64,000 nucleotides of DNA from an uncultured Rhodoferax sp. (GTDB lineage: Bacteria > Pseudomonadota > Gammaproteobacteria > Burkholderiales > Burkholderiaceae_C), in the NCBI GenBank assembly GCA_963925275.1, contig CAWUSQ010000001.1, positions 1,886 to 65,885 of the forward strand. Direction: 5' to 3'. Under the pieces are notes generated by a model that saw only the letters and a program-made list of their open reading frames with translations, was not told the origin of the DNA and searched no databases. Each line of letters opens with the position of its first letter. Position 1 is the stretch's first letter. Below are positions 63,340 to 64,000 of the stretch, in pieces. Made by a program: the position numbers and the translations under genes.

Positions 63340-64000
63340 CGGCTTGCTTCAACGCGCGCCAAGGCCAGGGCGGGCGTCGAGGCCAGCACCTCGGCGCTTA
63401 GCGTCAGCCCCTGGGCCACACACAGGGAACCGGCCAGACGCAGCGGTCGCATACCGTCTTTGATGGCTTGGCGCTTCAAAGCATCGCTGTCAGGCGTCTG
63501 CGTCACCAGGTGCTTGAAGTCTTCTGTGACCTCCAGCAGCTCATACAAGCCCGTGCGCCCCATGAAACCGGTCATGCGACAGTCCACACAGCCCACTGCC
63601 TTGAAAGGTGTGTAGCTGCCAGTCAGCTCAAAGGGCTTGGCCACTTGCGCCAGATCGGCGTGCGAGGACTGCGAATCAGGCTGTTTGCAATGGGGGCACA
63701 GGGTGCGCACCAGACGCTGCGCGAGCACACCGAGCAAAGTGGCGTTGATCAGATAGGCCGGCACCCCCAGCTCCAGCAAGCGGGTAATGGCCGAGGGCGC
63801 GTCGTTGGTGTGCAACGTGGAAAACACCAAGTGCCCAGTGAGTGCGGCCTGCACCGCCATCTCGGCTGTGGCCTGGTCGCGAATCTCGCCGACCATGATG
63901 ATGTCAGGATCCTGGCGCATCAATGCGCGCAAGCCTTCGGTAAAGCCCAGGTCCAGGTGGGTCTGTACCTGAGTTTGATTGAAAAGCGGCTCGATCATCT
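63336..64000 (-). CDS. GspE/PilB-family secretion ATPase, C-terminal part (N-terminus beyond window end)
   Basis: MVGEIRD, His box [12 protein letters not shown] and tetracysteine CPHCK...CVDC. The frame is open to base 64000. Confidence 0.88.
   Translation of the reverse strand, partial: MIEPLFNQTQVQTHLDLGFTEGLRALMRQDPDIIMVGEIRDQATAEMAVQAALTGHLVFSTLHTNDAPSAITRLLELGVPAYLINATLLGVLAQRLVRTLCPHCKQPDSQSSHADLAQVAKPFELTGSYTPFKAVGCVDCRMTGFMGRTGLYELLEVTEDFKHLVTQTPDSDALKRQAIKDGMRPLRLAGSLCVAQGLTLSAEVLASTPALALARVEASR

Overview
This window is a densely packed, moderately GC-rich chromosomal segment. It looks betaproteobacterial (Burkholderiales, Comamonadaceae-like), which I infer only from gene content and order, for example rpsF-priB-rpsR-rplI-dnaB, sodB-xseA next to exbB-exbD-lpxK-trm112-kdsB-adk, surE-pcm-nlpD, and alaA-hom-thrC-mobB-moeA-moaD-moaE. 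I call about 62 protein genes, and nearly all are recognisable housekeeping functions. These cover ClpB, DnaB, ribosomal proteins, PpsA/PpsR, IleS/RibF/LspA, LexA, Moco and threonine biosynthesis, LPS core genes, SodB and PurN.

I found no rRNA, tRNA, CRISPR array, transposase, integrase or phage gene, and no obvious compositional island. Several ORF-track entries needed their starts trimmed, and many long antisense ORFs are GC-driven artefacts.

I do not see a compelling novel multi-gene system, and most of the window is ordinary core genome. The items most worth a second look are:
- a split kinase plus acyl-CoA dehydrogenase pair (ACAD10/11- or LvaA/LvaC-like) lying directly upstream of a four-gene tripartite MacAB-type efflux cluster (42.6-49.8 kb);
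- an uncharacterised ORF abutting the lexA stop codon behind two SOS boxes (40.7-41.1 kb);
- an unrecognised 196-aa protein divergent from the clpB heat-shock promoter;
- several unexplained non-coding motifs: a DnaA-box pair with an AT-rich tract upstream of exbB, a perfect 23-bp palindrome upstream of dnaB, a direct repeat in the ppsA/ppsR control region, and a hairpin-rich 330-bp spacer.

All functional calls rest on motif-level recognition of the translated ORFs. No database search was possible.
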